Of a stretch of 64,000 nucleotides of DNA, positions 1-13,770 are shown piece by piece. The notes below the pieces were generated by a model that was not told the origin of the DNA, did not search any database, and worked only from the letters and a program-made list of their open reading frames with translations. Each line of letters opens with the position of its first letter. Position 1 is the stretch's first letter. A program made the translations under genes and the position numbers. The DNA is from Negaprion brevirostris (Eukaryota). The DNA lies in the NCBI GenBank assembly GCA_030324005.1, contig JARDVH010000143.1, positions 19,989,270 to 20,053,269 of the forward strand, read 5' to 3'.

Positions 1-77
1 ATAAGCTTAGTGATTTAAAAAAAACAAGTTGCATTAAAAGGTCCTGGTTCCATGCTCTAACCCTCTATGACTCTAAC

Positions 78-228
78 ACACCTAACCAGCACATCTTTCA
101 GACTATGGGAGGAAACCAACGCAGACACAGGGAGAATGTGATGACCTGACACAGACAGTAACCCAAGCCGGGAATTGAACTTGAACCTGGGTCCCTGGCG
201 CTGTGAGGCACTGTACCATCGTGCTGCC
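78..228 (-). mobile_element. HE1-type V-SINE, 5' part
   Basis: Reverse complement carries a tRNA-like head (CTCACAGCGCCAGGGACCCAGGTTCAA) and the V-domain TGTGTCTGCG..GGTTTCCTCCCA. Confidence 0.75.
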
Positions 229-584
229 AAATCCAGTTTTCATGTTCCTGATTGGGTATCAAGCCCTCCATGTTTAAAATCAACAGATCAAGCCTATCCA
301 TTCAACTACAAGCACTCTGTGGCTAGTTACAGTAAGCATTTATTGTCAGCTGTCGTTCAGCGACAAAGGCTATCTTCAATTTTGTGAATATTGGATCAGC
401 TGAATGTCTCTCAGCCTTGTAAATCTCCAAGGTCACTGTACTCTTCTGATTCATTACTGCGTGCCAGGATTATCAGAGGACATAAACATAGCAACACGTC
501 ACTTAAATAAAAGGCCCAGATTTGCCAACCGTTTGCAACAGATTGAAAAATTGTTCTTCTGTCTGCCAAAATGACTACACTTTT

Positions 585-955
585 GAGATTTGATTTATCG
601 CCACGTATTAACAGTGAAAAGTATTGTTTACTGCATGATATGCAGACAAAGCATACCATTCATAGGAAAGGAAATGAGAATGTGCAGAATGCAGTGTTAC
701 AGTCTCAGCAAAGGTGTAGAAAAAGATCAGCTTAATGCAAGGTAAGTCCACTCAAAAGTCTGATGGTAGTAGGGAAGAAGCTGCTCGAGATGGTTGGTAT
801 GTTACCTCAGACTTCTGTATCTTTTTCCTGAAGGAAGGTGGCGGAAAAGAGAATGTCCAGGGTGCGTGGGGCCTTAATTATGCTGGCTGCTTTACAGAGG
901 CAGCGGAAAAGTAGACAGAGTCAATGGATAGAAAGCTGGTTTTCGTGCTGGATAT
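585..955 (-). mobile_element. LINE 3' end relic, Rex1/Babar-like
   Basis: Resembles the fish Rex1-type 3' region (caaaagtctgatggtagtagggaagaagctg...); family from memory. Confidence 0.5.
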
Positions 956-3254
956 CTTCCAATCACTGACAATAACATTGCATGAGAGATTCCCTGGGCT
1001 TCTCTGCACTCACCCGAATATTGTCCAGGTTTACAAGGAACACAAAATTCACTTAAAAGGTGGTCTGCAATGCAAAATTTTAATACCTGCCATTCTGCCT
1101 CAAATTTGGGTGAGGGTGCGGCAAAAGGAACAGGTCACAACTGTCATTGTTCTTCCAGCTCCACTGCTACATTTTTGTAAGTACATAAACATAACATGGC
1201 AGGGGGAAAGAGAACCACAATTTTCACCAAATTAAACTCAAAATGACAAAAAAAATCTGATACTCTAAATGCAAAACCTTGTTTGAGAAAGGTTAGAGAA
1301 TAGCTTTACAGTAAAAATTGGAAGTAGCTAGTTCAGGGTCCCTTTTGGCAAAAATTGAACTGTATTCAATCTAGATTAGAGTAGGACCAGGACTGCAAAA
1401 AAAAAAGAAAATTGGATTTGCAGTTCCATCAGATAGATGGAGCTTCCAGTGAATAACATTTATACCATATAGAATAGAAAATGCATGATGGGATATGGCT
1501 TTAGGCAAGTAAAAAGATAAAAAGTTTGTTTCTGAAATAAATACTTTAGGAACCATAAACTACTGCTATTCACACAATCCCAAACTATTGATAGTTACTG
1601 ACCTAAAATTTCTACCTAATTACCCGAGGATCATCTTCAATGCTTTATAAAAGATAATTGATTACACAAGGCTCTGACCGAGATCATGTCGACAACAACT
1701 TGTCCCATGCTAACACTCGATCACATATGTCAAGGGATGTATTCTCATTCCGGTTTAAAAACAAAAAAAATGCTAAGAACAACAGGTCTGGCAGCATCAG
1801 TAGAGAGACAGCGAGAGATAAGCATTAACTTTTAAAGTCATGACCTTTCAAGAGGTACAACATGGGACAATAGAGGCTTCAAATCATAGGATGCAGAAAT
1901 GGATGCTTTGGTGGAGGGGAAAGAAAGGATTCAGTGAATCAGCAGGGAGCCAGGAGTGTCTCTGGACAAATGTTCAGAATGTAGTGGGAGGTCAATGCCA
2001 GCAAACAAGCTAAGTACCTGGATGCAGTGCTGCAAGAAATTCAATGACCGCATGTAAGTGGTCAAGGTTAGTGAATGGAATTAAAATTGAATCCCATTCA
2101 AAGGGTCTTCAAAGACACAGAACAATTCCTTCTGTGCTGTACTATTTTATGACATCTAAACTGAAAATTGGAAATACTGATGCCAAGTGGTATTGGCAGG
2201 GTTAATGTTTTGGGCATTTTGCCCCTTTTTCAGAATGATTCTTTGATCTGACAATCATAGTGGATGCCCATCCCAGCACCAACACAAATATTNNNNNNNN
2301 NNNNNNNNNNNNNNNNNNNNNNNNNNNNNNNNNNNNNNNNNNNNNNNNNNNNNNNNNNNNNNNNNNNNNNNNNNNNNNNNNNNNNNNNNNNNNNNNNNNN
2401 NNNNNNNNNNNNNNNNNNNNNNNNNNNNNNNNNNNNNNNNNNNNNNNNNNNNNNNNNNNNNNNNNNNNNNNNNNNNNNNNNNNNNNNNNNNNNNNNNNNN
2501 NNNNNNNNNNNNNNNNNNNNNNNNNNNNNNNNNNNNNNNNNNNNNNNNNNNNNNNNNNNNNNNNNNNNNNNNNNNNNNNNNNNNNNNNNNNNNNNNNNNN
2601 NNNNNNNNNNNNNNNNNNNNNNNNNNNNNNNNNNNNNNNNNNNNNNNNNNNNNNNNNNNNNNNNNNNNNNNNNNNNNNNNNNNNNNNNNNNNNNNNNNNN
2701 NNNNNNNNNNNNNNNNNNNNNNNNNNNNNNNNNAATGCATAGTTTTAAAATATTTTTCCTTTTTTTGCAATCCCACCTTTAACTTTCTCCCTTTATTTAC
2801 TTCGGACCGATTCAAGTATTCTAATTTGCACTTCCTGATTTAGGCTTTGTATGTCTTTAAATAAGGATCTTTTGATTTGCGATTAAGGAGAATCCCACCA
2901 CCACCAACCCACGTGTTAACATCTGAACACTGGATAGCAGAGCATTGAACAGGTGAACCCTGTATAAATTTCACAGCGCAAATGTGAGGCTTTTTTCATG
3001 TGCATGTTTGTACCAGTTGTCAAGTTCCCCCAACAGTATGGCGTTCAGAAAATTTGAAACTGGCTGGGGAAAAAGCAGAGATTATTACCAAGGTGATATC
3101 TATTTCTAACTTTACCAGATCTGCAAAATACAATGCATGCAGTGGAAAGCATGGCCCTGAACAAACTATGCCTGAATATGAAGGTTTATTTCACAGATCT
3201 TCCATCTCAATATAAACAAGCCCCATCAACAAAAACTAAAATATTCTAGAGTGA

Positions 3255-3925
3255 AAATTACAGAAGACTGAGTGACCACTTTGCGAGACACCTTCACTCG
3301 GTCCACAAGCATGACCCTAAACTTCCGGATGCTTGCTATTTCGACTCACCATCTTGCTCTCAAGCGCATATGTCCATCCTTGGCCTGCTGCAACGTTCCA
3401 GTAAAGTCCAAATCAAATTGGAGGTACACCTTGTGTTCCAATTAGACATTACAGCATTCTGGACTCAGCTTGAATAACTTTAGAATGTGAACCTTCTCCA
3501 TCTTGACCCTTTTGCTTTAAAGTTCAATGCAACACCCCTCCTCCACAGGACCATTTGCCACCTGTTTTAAGTTTTTTTCTTTCACTGAATACTGACTATT
3601 ATTCTGTTAAACACATTCTGAAAGCTTACTTTCTTGCCACTCAGTGCCTTCTATAGTCCTTAACTCTGTCATTAGCATATCTAATGCCCTAAACATCTTT
3701 GTGCACTCTCTCCTGGCTCACACCCATCTACTAACCTTCTACTGTTTCATCCCCATAAAATTCATTGCATTTCGCCCTCTTTAGTTCCAAAGATTCATAC
3801 AAACTCAAAACATTAACTGTTCCTCTATCATAAGAACATAAGATCTATCTATAGAACTCACCAGACCTAATTTTTTTCCAGGATTTTCTGCCTTTATTTC
3901 CAACATCCAAAGTATTTTGCTATCA
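3255..3925 (+). mobile_element. Penelope-like element, 3' fragment with tail
   Basis: Degenerate RLSDHFARHLHSVHKHDPKLPDACYFDS (GIY-YIG C-terminal part), followed by the tail ccagacctaa..ttttccaggattttctg also seen at 59745. Confidence 0.65.
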
Positions 3926-4794
3926 TCATACCGTGCTGAGGTTGCATCAGACAGCAGATGGTTCTTTCCTATAGCAGACAAGTCTCATTCATTACTTCTT
4001 CCTCAAGTTCAGGTGAGACTTACTCTGCAGGCACTGTGGGCAGCTGTGACCCCTCCTGCTGAAAGTTCTTCTCTCCCTTTCCTCTATTTCCCTCTTTCAG
4101 AAACCTGTTCCACCTCGCGTGCCTCTGTTCATTTTCCAAATTATACAGTATTCCAAGTGGAATTACTACTAGCAAACAATTGTCTGGGAGCAATTGATCT
4201 ATAAAAATAACGAAGACAGCAAAGACTCCTTTAGCATGTGCAGAAAAGCCTCCAGGCTTTTGCAATTTTAAACTTATAGAAAATTCTAAATGTTTGTGGA
4301 ACTAAAGCAACAGCTATAATAAATCAACCAGCAACTAACTTGTATGTAATTGATGATTCCTTTAACTAGTTTTAGTGGCAGCGTGGGGTCCTTCCTACTT
4401 CTGAATGCACGTTCAGTTGTACAAGGTCAAGAGCAGAGGTGTTATTAGGTGATGCATTGCTAAATCAAGCAACAATTTTTTAGCTGTGTTTACTTGTAGC
4501 AGCCATTCACTATACGCACACACCAATGACCTCACCATTAAGGCATCTATGTGATTCAAACCAGCATGTGCGCATCACTTTGGGCCTCCGCAGTTACTCA
4601 AAACATTCTCAAAAAAAGGGCATAAACAATTCCAATTTCTCACCTGATATGTTTAGTTCTACGATTCAGACAGCCCCTGGCAACTGAAGTGCAGTATTAG
4701 AACTCCACCTACTGTGTATATCTGCAAAAAAAGTTTTGCTTATAAAATCATACAACATTCCAAGCAGGAGAGTTGAATGCAATGGTGCTATACA

Positions 4795-5400
4795 TCACAA
4801 TTTAACATGCAGCTACAGCAAGCAATTACAAAAGCAATGGAACCTTGGCCATTATTGAGAAGGGGGAATGGAAGTATAAAGTAGAAAATCTTGCTACAGC
4901 TGTATAGAGCATTGGTGAGGCCTCACATATAAAGAGATCAGAAAAGGTTCGGGAGGCTGATTCCTGGGAATAAGAGCATAGGATTAAGAGGAAAAGTAGA
5001 GCCTACACTCACTGGATTTTAGATGAATGAGGAACATAAGATTGAAGGGGCTTCACAGGGTAGATGCTGAGAATGCTTCGCCTTGTTGAGGAATGTAGAA
5101 CTAGCAGACAAACTTTAAAAGGGTCTCGTATTTGAGAGGGAGGGAGAGGAATTTCTTCTGTCAGAGGGTTGTCTTTGGAATTCTCAATGTTAGAGGTTGG
5201 GTCAATTAATATATTTATGGCAGAGATTTTGATTTTTGATCTATAAAGAGTCAAGGGATATCAAGGATGGGGAAAAAAATGGAAAAATCAGGGTGGGACA
5301 GGAATGTGGAATTCAGGCCACAGATAAGCTATTTTACTGAAAGGCAGAGAAGGCTTGACGGGCCAAATGGCTTACTCTTGTAGCTATTTCTTATGATCTT
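4795..5400 (+). mobile_element. CR1-clade LINE 3' fragment
   Basis: Degenerate LLQLYRALVRPH coding relic; 3' end ggccaaatggcttactcttgtagctatttcttatgatctt. Confidence 0.75.
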
Positions 5401-7876
5401 CTAGTGAAGCACAAAACTATATCTAGAGTGTTATATGAATTAACTGCAATGATGGGGCAATGGGATGAAGGAAAATAGTTGATTTGATAAACAGCATAAT
5501 CTTATACAGTAGCAAATTTGGGGTTTGCAGGTGCTACTCTTATTTGCAGTTGCTACGAAGAAAAACCATCTCCATCCTTGACGTGCTGAGAGCAACAGTT
5601 TCTAATGTGTGAATATGATTGGAGATTAGGATTTTACATGTTTAAGATCCTGGACTAGAACCCAAGATATCAGGAGGGAGGGGTTGGAAGAGGAGTCATC
5701 AATAAAGTTTTGAGATTCAAGATACTTGCATTTGCTAACCACTGTGCCACTATGCTGCCTGCTTTAGTTAAGAACTCTAATGGTGTGGCTTTTACTAATT
5801 AATCCCTCAAAGGTTAGAAGACTCAACTCTGAGCTTCATCTGTTAATTTACTTCAGAAAAGGTTTCTAAATTTGCATTCAGATTTGTTATTTTTGAAATC
5901 ATGACTAAACAATGAAAGATTTGCAAAACCGATACAGGTAAAAAGAAATGAAAATAATTGAACGGGGAATTCAGTTTGAGACCATCTTGGACACCTGTTG
6001 TGGAATTTATTTTTTTAAATAGCCATATGAGTGCGCATTTAAAAGCGCACAAGGAAAAGATGGCTATCTGAAGATTAACTTTAAAAAGTACAAGGTGTCA
6101 AAAGCATTAACTTTGTTAATGCCATTTGACCCATTTCCAGTATTTTCTATTTTCAAATTGGATATAGTATAGTACAGCACAGAAGATGCTGTGTGAAGAC
6201 CCTTTGAAGATGGTCCCAATTTTAGTTCTGTTCTTGTTCATCATAGCCCTGTAAATTTCTCCTTTATAGTACAAATCAACTCCGCTTTTGAAGGTTACCA
6301 ATAAATCTGCTTCACCATCATTTAAAAGTATTTCAGATCATCACACCACATAAAGCTCCACCTCAAAATGGCTTTTTTGCCAATTAACTGAAATTTGAGC
6401 CACGTTCAAAATATATAGCAGCTTTCATGTGGATCTTCAACTTCTGCCTTGTCTCAAATCTCCAAAAAGGGACAGACAGGTGAAGGCACAACTGCCAGAT
6501 TTTATGATGGTTGGCCAAGACAACCTGCATTTCCATCAACTTTATTTCCTATAGTCAATCATTTAAATGCTGTGCCACCAGAAGTGTGAAAGCATGACAA
6601 CACAATATTTTATTAGATATTTTGCATAATACATCTCAATTTAACATAATTACACTGTACATGTGCAGTGACCAATTCTGCATGTACGCAATGTTCTCCA
6701 TTCAGAGAAAGATCAAGCATACAAGTGCAGCACAAATGTGGATGAGTGATGCTCTGCTCTTAAAGAATTACAAATTAGATTTTATTACCTTAATATTTTA
6801 ATGAAAATTACATACATCATAGTTAATTTGGCTTCAAAATGACTTAAGCTTGGCTGTGGCTCAAAAGGAACTTCCAGACATTATGAACAGCTGCTGCCTT
6901 GTTATCTCCAAAATGCATTAACGACCCCTCTAACTGCAAGATCAAAGCAAGGCAGTTGTACAAAGGCCATTTGCATTTCTAAGACAAGGCCAACAAGTTC
7001 ACCAGTCTGCAAGGACAACAGTCCCAGAGACCTCTTGAAATAATTATCGTTGAAACATTACCCATCAAGAATCCAGACAAATATACATTCTTTGCTCAAA
7101 TCCAAATGTAGAAGTTGTATTTATATCACATGACATTCTGTCAGTAGAATGTTAGCTTGACTAACTCGAACTACAAAGTACAGACTGCCTTCTTTCTACT
7201 CAAACTTCTGTGCCAGCACCTACAAGACTAATTCATCTCTGCAGACCTATCCCATCATGGAAAAAGGAATTATCCAGCATCAGTCTTCATCCTGCTGCGA
7301 AAGAACACATTATTGGACCTTTTTTGATACTGGACTTGTGTAGAACAATAATTCTTATTTTAACTGTGGTGTTTGCCTACAACCCATTCTTTACACCTCT
7401 TTTACTGTATATACGTACCAGGACTACATAATGATATCCCCTCCCATGTTTGCATGTGCACAAATCAACCCCATCTTGAATTCACTGAGGGGTCTTAATA
7501 GAAATTGGATCTCACTCAAGCGATGGTGGGAAAAATACACAACCAAAGGCAGAATTATAAATTAAAAAAACCTTTATGAACAGCTGCTGACAGGAAAAAT
7601 CAAGGCTTTTAAAATGAAACACCTCTTGTCTGTAATAAAGTTCTAACAAAAACCAAGCTGCAGTAAGAACTCAACATGGTTTTAAAAAAGGAAGATAAAA
7701 ATATTCAAGACAAAATGAGGGTTTTGTGAAATTGATTCACAGGACTTATTGCATTTTATGCACATGGTTTTATGCTAATCTAGAAATTCAATTATACATG
7801 TCAGCTCAAAGTCAATTGCTAATTTATATGGTAATCAGTTGCAAGCACCTTATTGCATTTATTTCCTGTATTGCAG

Positions 7877-7922
7877 ATGCAGACAATGCCTAAAGAAGAT
7901 ATCAACACTTGTATCAATTATG
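7877..7922 (+). CDS. LHFPL5: Small stop-containing exon of the convergent neighbour, probably LHFPL5 (coding 7877-7893, phase 1: DADNA*)
   Basis: Strong acceptor ttgcatttatttcctgtattgcag and donor ATG|gtaagt. LHFPL5 lies tail-to-tail with SRPK1 in human and, as I recall, has a tiny stop exon plus a UTR-only exon. The peptide resembles an LHFPL3 C-terminus (DDGNA). Identity is inferred from synteny. Confidence 0.5.
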
Positions 7923-8339
7923 GTAAGTGTAATGACTCAGGAAGCCTGACTGGAAAAGAACACTTCTTAAAATAAAAACTTTGTAGAATGCAAAATTAAA
8001 CCACAACCGTGTACTCGTATTAGTCCCCGCCTCGGGCTACATTTCAGCAGGCCCAGTTCTGCGCCTGCCCTATGGAAAGCTCACCTAATGAGCTGGGTAG
8101 GCTGCTGTCTGTTACCAGGGGAACTCTTACTCAATGAACCCCACAGGGAGGTCAATCACTGATTCCCCATTGACCCCATGGTCAAATTATCTATAAAGCC
8201 CACAAAAGTTTTAGTCATCATAGAAAACGGCAAAGTTTGAAACATGATTAAATATTTATAGCTCCTATAAAATCAAATATATTCTAGATGCCAAATTTAA
8301 ACTAATTGTAACACGTGAAGCTATTTGTTTCTCATTCAG

Positions 8340-10830
8340 ATCATCCCAGTCTTCCAGACAGTTTAGTGGCAAACAGGCATTGCACTATTTTGAATCATGA
8401 CCTGTAGCAAAATATTTTTCAGAACTGTCTTTTTACTTCCAGAGCTGTTCAGCATGCTCATGACATTGTGTCAAAGAAGCTTCAGTATTCTCTCTAGCAG
8501 GAGAATTACACTGCAGATTCCCGAAAGGAACAATTAATACAACAGTTTGTACCCCTGGAACTGCGTTCAAGTTGTAATAGTCGAAATTAAGAAATGTGAT
8601 TTACTTTGATTCATTCCATTGGAGGCAATGCTATATGGCTGTAAATCAGAGGATTAATGCATTACAAGGTTTTAATTCCTGCCACTGTGTCTATACAAAC
8701 AAACCTCATTAGAAAGAGCACTAGCATTGTTATCTTAGGTCCAAACACAGTGAAGTATAATGGTTCTGTACTGTGTGTATACTGTATTGAATGTATGTAC
8801 CTTAAACATGGAGTAATAGCAACTACTTTTGTCAATGATGTCTTAATTCTTGTGATTAAAACCTAGTTAAGATCTGAATGTTTCAACGTAAATGCAATGT
8901 TTTAATTAGATGTGAAGAATTGATGTATTGTCACAAGTGAAAAGATCTCACATTATACCATTTTTGAACAAAGATTGTAAAGCTAATTTAATAGGAAGGG
9001 ATTGATTCTTTCTAATCCATTGAGTGGCAAATTTAGTTTTAATAAAACAAATTATGCATATCTCCTTGCCCAACATCTCTCAAAGACAAAATCTTAGCAA
9101 TGACACTTGTCCAGTTCAAATGCAGTTTTGAAGCAGCAAGTCAAATTATATCATCGAAAGGATGCCGACTTGAAATCTAATGTCTGCTGGTATTATGACT
9201 TTAACTCTTAAAGGCAAATTTTAACATACAAGCATATTTAAAATATTTCCTATTTAGATAGTGGCTATGGAAAAACTTTTAGAAATCCAAAAAACATGAT
9301 GCAATAAGGTAAATATTAGCACCTTTGCCACAGAATGTTACAGAAATTGTGCTGGGTATGGAAATGGACAGCTACAGTTTCACAGAGCTAGGCCTACTAT
9401 AAAAACTGTGTTTTATACATTGACATTATGTTTCATGGCAAGTCGCCATAACTAATGATAACACTACTGCCCAAACAACATTAAACAGTGTATTCAGATA
9501 ATTTTCCAGTAGCAGTCAAGTGCCCATTGTTGAATAACATCCCACCAGCAAAACAAAATAAATGAGTTAAAGTTTGTAGACTGTTGTATAGAATAACAAT
9601 TATGTTGCCTCGTAATGCCTTAGAATGAAGAAAATGAATAAACCAAGAGCACTGCTTTCAAGTTTTACATCACCTCATGACAATTCCAGACTGTTATACT
9701 GAATATTTTAAATTAGAGATTTGTTTGCACTTTAGTGATTAGAATATCATCACAAAATAATGGACACAAGTTGAGAAGTTGATGCATATACATTTATTTT
9801 CCTTAAGACAAATGTTTTTTTTTTAAAAAGAGAAAGTTCCCTATTCACAACAGAGCAGAACAACATGCCAGAAACCTAAACCAAAATTTGGCTCAGAAAC
9901 TGCACTGTTCTGGTATTTTCTACTGGAACATGCAGTGGTTTACAACACACTCTATGGATTCCTAAATGCTTTGGAATTTCACACTTTCTACAAGAGGCTA
10001 GGGACTAACCCACCATTAGAAAGATGCAACTCCAAAAAAAATCAAAAGTAACTCTTATTGTCTACTTAAGATAGCCTGCTACCAATCACCATCTTGTCAT
10101 GCTTCGGACACATTCAGAATTTTGTTGCAAAATATTAAAAAATGACAAGAAAATCAAACCTTTTCTGTAAGTTTTTATTCAGTAATTTTTTAAACTTTTT
10201 TTAAGGAGACATTTGTAACTAAAACGCAATCAATTATAAAAAGCAGTGGTATAGACAATAAATGAATGTTAAAAAACAACAGCCTTGAGGAGCCTGTCAA
10301 AAAATGAATGTTATGGCTTCTTTTTAAAAAATCTATCTTGAAATCCTTGTTCCAAAATGGAAAACGTTAAATCATCTTGGTAGTAACACAAACACTGCAT
10401 CATGCCTTAGCTGTGAAAATTTAACATGAGATTCAGACAAGGAAACTGTCCTGTAACTTACTGAAAGATATAAAAAATGTAAAGCTTTAGAAATAAAGTG
10501 TACAAGACTTGCAACAATGTGAAATAATGTTGGTAATATATATTTGCTAAGCTTTACAATTGCACCACCTTAAAATCTTTACTTAAATACAAGAGGATTT
10601 AATATCAATTTGGATTCAGTCATTATGCGGCCCGAGGTGTGTTTGTACAGAATGAAAAAGTATGTAGGGAGGAGAAATAGCTCAGAGGAGACAAGAAGAG
10701 TGCGCATATCTACAGTAAAGTATACAGCAATAGTCATATGCTATATGTAGTTTTATTTCAGAGATGAGCATTAACTTTACACACCTGTGGTTTAAAACAT
10801 TAAAAATACTGAATTTGTTACATGAATTTA
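8340..10830 (+). other. Putative non-coding terminal exon (3' UTR) of the LHFPL5-like gene
   Basis: Branch-like actaat near 8301 and acceptor tatttgtttctcattcag; about 2.5 kb free of repeats; AATAAA at 9041, 10257 and 10492 and ATTAAA at 10799; the end is uncertain. Confidence 0.4.
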
Positions 10831-11260
10831 ATGATAAATTATAGTAGAAAGATTAAAGTTCCCAAAGTTCAGTTCTGCTCTGGATTCTACAGAAGGAAAG
10901 GTTACGTTGGTTATTTTCAGATCTAAAAATACAACAGGAAATATTCACAAGGGCAAATCATTCGACTTATTCTGAAAGTAGAATAGCGATTTGTAATCAT
11001 AGGAAATCATGCACGTCGAATAATACTAAACACACAGTTGCTGGATCAAATTTTGTACCTGACATTTTTTATCCACCTCTGAAATTATGGTATTACATAG
11101 AACAATGTTGGAGGACCAGCTCAGCATCATCATCCAGATTATGTGCAAACTATATGTTTAGCTGCGGTTTCCCAATTTTCTTGTGCACTTTTTGGGAGCA
11201 GCCCAAAGATCTAAAACAAATTTAGCTCAACAGCAGGAAGTGATGGGATAGGTACACAGA

Positions 11261-11573
11261 TGGCAAGTGGTTAGCACTGCTGCCTCACAGGGCCAGGAGC
11301 CTGGCCTTGGTCACTGTGTGTGTGGAATTTGCACATTCTGCATGTCTGTGTGGGTTTCCTCCAGGTACTCCAGTTTCCTCCCAGTCCAAAGATGTGCAGG
11401 GGTTAAATTGACTGGCCATGCAAAATTGACTCATGTTGGAGGGGGGAGGGGGAGAAAAGAGGGAAAAAATTAGCAGGGTAAATATGTGGGGTTACTAGGA
11501 TAGGGTAGATTTGTTGGCAGTGCAGGCTTGATGGGCCAGATGGCCTCCTCCTATACTGTAGGGATTCTATGAT
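11261..11573 (+). mobile_element. HE1-type V-SINE, near full length
   Basis: gtggttagcactgctgcctcacag head, V-domain, and LINE-derived tail gatgggccagatggcctcctcctatactgtagggattctatga. Confidence 0.85.
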
Positions 11574-11969
11574 CTTATTGCTGACGTGTTCAAGTGTACT
11601 CCTCTTACACCAAGATATTTAAATAACACTCCTCTCAACTTCAATCTGCACTCAGAATATAGATTTAAATCTCGCTCAACCCAGTACAATAGGTACACCA
11701 GCTGAAGTTTGGACTGGAGTCAGTGGGGAGAGCATCTATTTAAGTAATACTGGAAAAGCAATGTGGAGTGAATATGGTGGGAACTGAAGAGATGAGTATT
11801 TGTGCTACACTGCTGCTGGGTCGGTGGTTTTGTAGAAATTGCTCCTGGAAGAATCTAGCTATCTGAAAATCCGAGCAAGTATATAACCCAAGCATAAGAA
11901 AATTAACCTGTTAGCCACAAGGAGACAAATTCTTGGTCTTGTATGCAAATGTTGGAAAGTTAATTTAAT

Positions 11970-12222
11970 TAACATAAGAACATAAGAAATAGGAGCAGGA
12001 GTAGGCCATCCAGCCCTTCGAGCCTGCCCCGCCATTCAATAAGNNNNNNNNNNNNNNNNNNNNNNNNNNNNNNNNNNNNNNNNNNNNNNNNNNNNNNNNN
12101 NNNNNNNNNNNNNNNNNNNNNNNNNNNNNNNNNNNNNNNNNNNGATCATCTGTATAAATGGTAAATAGCTGAGGCCCCAGCACCAACCCCTGGGGCACTC
12201 CACTAGTCACCAACCGCCAACT
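11970..12222 (-). mobile_element. Young CR1-clade LINE collapsed across a gap
   Basis: AACATAAG-repeat 3' tail left of the gap; intact RT motif [22 protein letters not shown] right of the gap. Confidence 0.8.
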
Positions 12223-12499
12223 GCTAATAACATTTAGAGCAATTTAGAAAGTATAACAGAATTATGGCAACTACTCACCTGATATTTAGAAAGAAATTAT
12301 TAAAATGATGGGTATGGGATAGTGAATACTATTCGTGGGGTTATGGTTAAAAACTTTTCATCCATCAATACTGGCTAATTATATTCCCAGTTGTTATAAA
12401 ATACTATCAATTAAGTCAAATGGCTTCAAGTAATTATACAAAGTGCTTGAAACACTCAGACCTAGCAGAATCTGGAAGAAAAGGTTATCAAAAACATCT

Positions 12500-13170
12500 T
12501 GAAAAATTGCCATCATTTTTTTTGGAACAAGGGCACAGGATCTTTCAGTTTACCAGAACCACCAATATCAAAGCTTTGATCCTCTGCTCAATACTTTATA
12601 CAAAGGATAGGAATCACCAACATTGCAGCATTTCCTCAGTATGGCACTAAAAAGCATCAGCTGAGATTACGCGCTAAATCCTAAAATGGAGCTTGAATTA
12701 ACATCTGACTCAAGCAAGAGTACCGCTGAGTCAAGCTCGTGTCTTGGTCACAGAAATTGAAATTAATATCCATTGGGGTGACAGACTTTAAATCATTTCG
12801 TGGGATGTAGGCGTAACCGGCAAGGTCACCATTTGTTACCCATCCTTAATTAACCTTGATCTAAGGCTTGCTCAGCCATTTAAGAGTCATCCACATTGCT
12901 GTGGATCTGGAGACAAATCTCGATCCTACCAGGTTATGAACTGCAGACTTCCTTCCCCAAAATGGCATTACTAAACTAGATGGGTTTTTACAACAGTTGA
13001 TGATACCTACATGGTCTCAATTACTGAAGCTGGTTTTCAATTCCAGGTTTCTTCATTATTAACTGAATTTAAATGTCACCAATTGTGATGGTGGGATTTT
13101 TACCCCATCTCCAGAACATTAGCTTGGGCTCTCAATCACTTGTCCAGTGACATTATCACCATGCTACTGA
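12500..13170 (-). mobile_element. Two adjacent SINE relics (Deu-domain type about 12500-12740; second family about 12790-13170)
   Basis: The first resembles 34720-35130; the second is the reverse complement of the 21600-21840 family. Confidence 0.55.
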
Positions 13171-13527
13171 TTTTGTATGCACCCGTGAATATTGTTTTAA
13201 TCTGTTACCAGCATTTTTAGGAAAGATGACCAATCTGCAGTATACTGGTGTATATCAAGGAGGCAGTCCTGCACCCAAATTTTTAAACTGTACTTGAGGC
13301 CAAATAACAAAATTCTGGATTCCTAAGGCGGCAAAGAGGGGTACAATACAAATGAAACAGCAAGGGTTTTAAGCCATAGGAAACATTAGTTCAACATTAC
13401 TGTTGAATAAAAAGAAAATGTACACAGCCATGCAAACTGTTATCATATTGCAGCCAAACACAAGCCACTGATCTGGAAGTATGTAAAAAAAATTCATTTC
13501 TCCCCTGTATACCCAACTTCACCCATG

Positions 13528-13770
13528 ATGCACCGTGGCATTGTGGTTAGCACTGCTGCCTCAGGGCCAGGGACCACAGGGTTCAATTCCTGGCTTGGGT
13601 CACTGCAGATTTTGCATGTTCTCCCTCCCACAATCCAAGGGTCACGCCATTTAGGTGCATGCTAAATTCTCCTGCAGTGTAACTGAACACGTGCCAGAGT
13701 GTTGCGACTCAGGGATTTTCACAATTGCTTCATGTAAGCCTACTTGTGACACTAAAACTAAACTTTAAAC
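13528..13770 (+). mobile_element. tRNA-derived SINE with an HE1 head and a different tail
   Basis: HE1-like head; tail aagcctacttgtgacactaaaactaaacttta, which recurs at about 16930-16980. Confidence 0.7.

Noticed and set aside
2255-2815. Long ORFs spanning the N run (also near 19000, 27900, 45950 and 59400)
   Set aside because: Open only because Ns contain no stop codons
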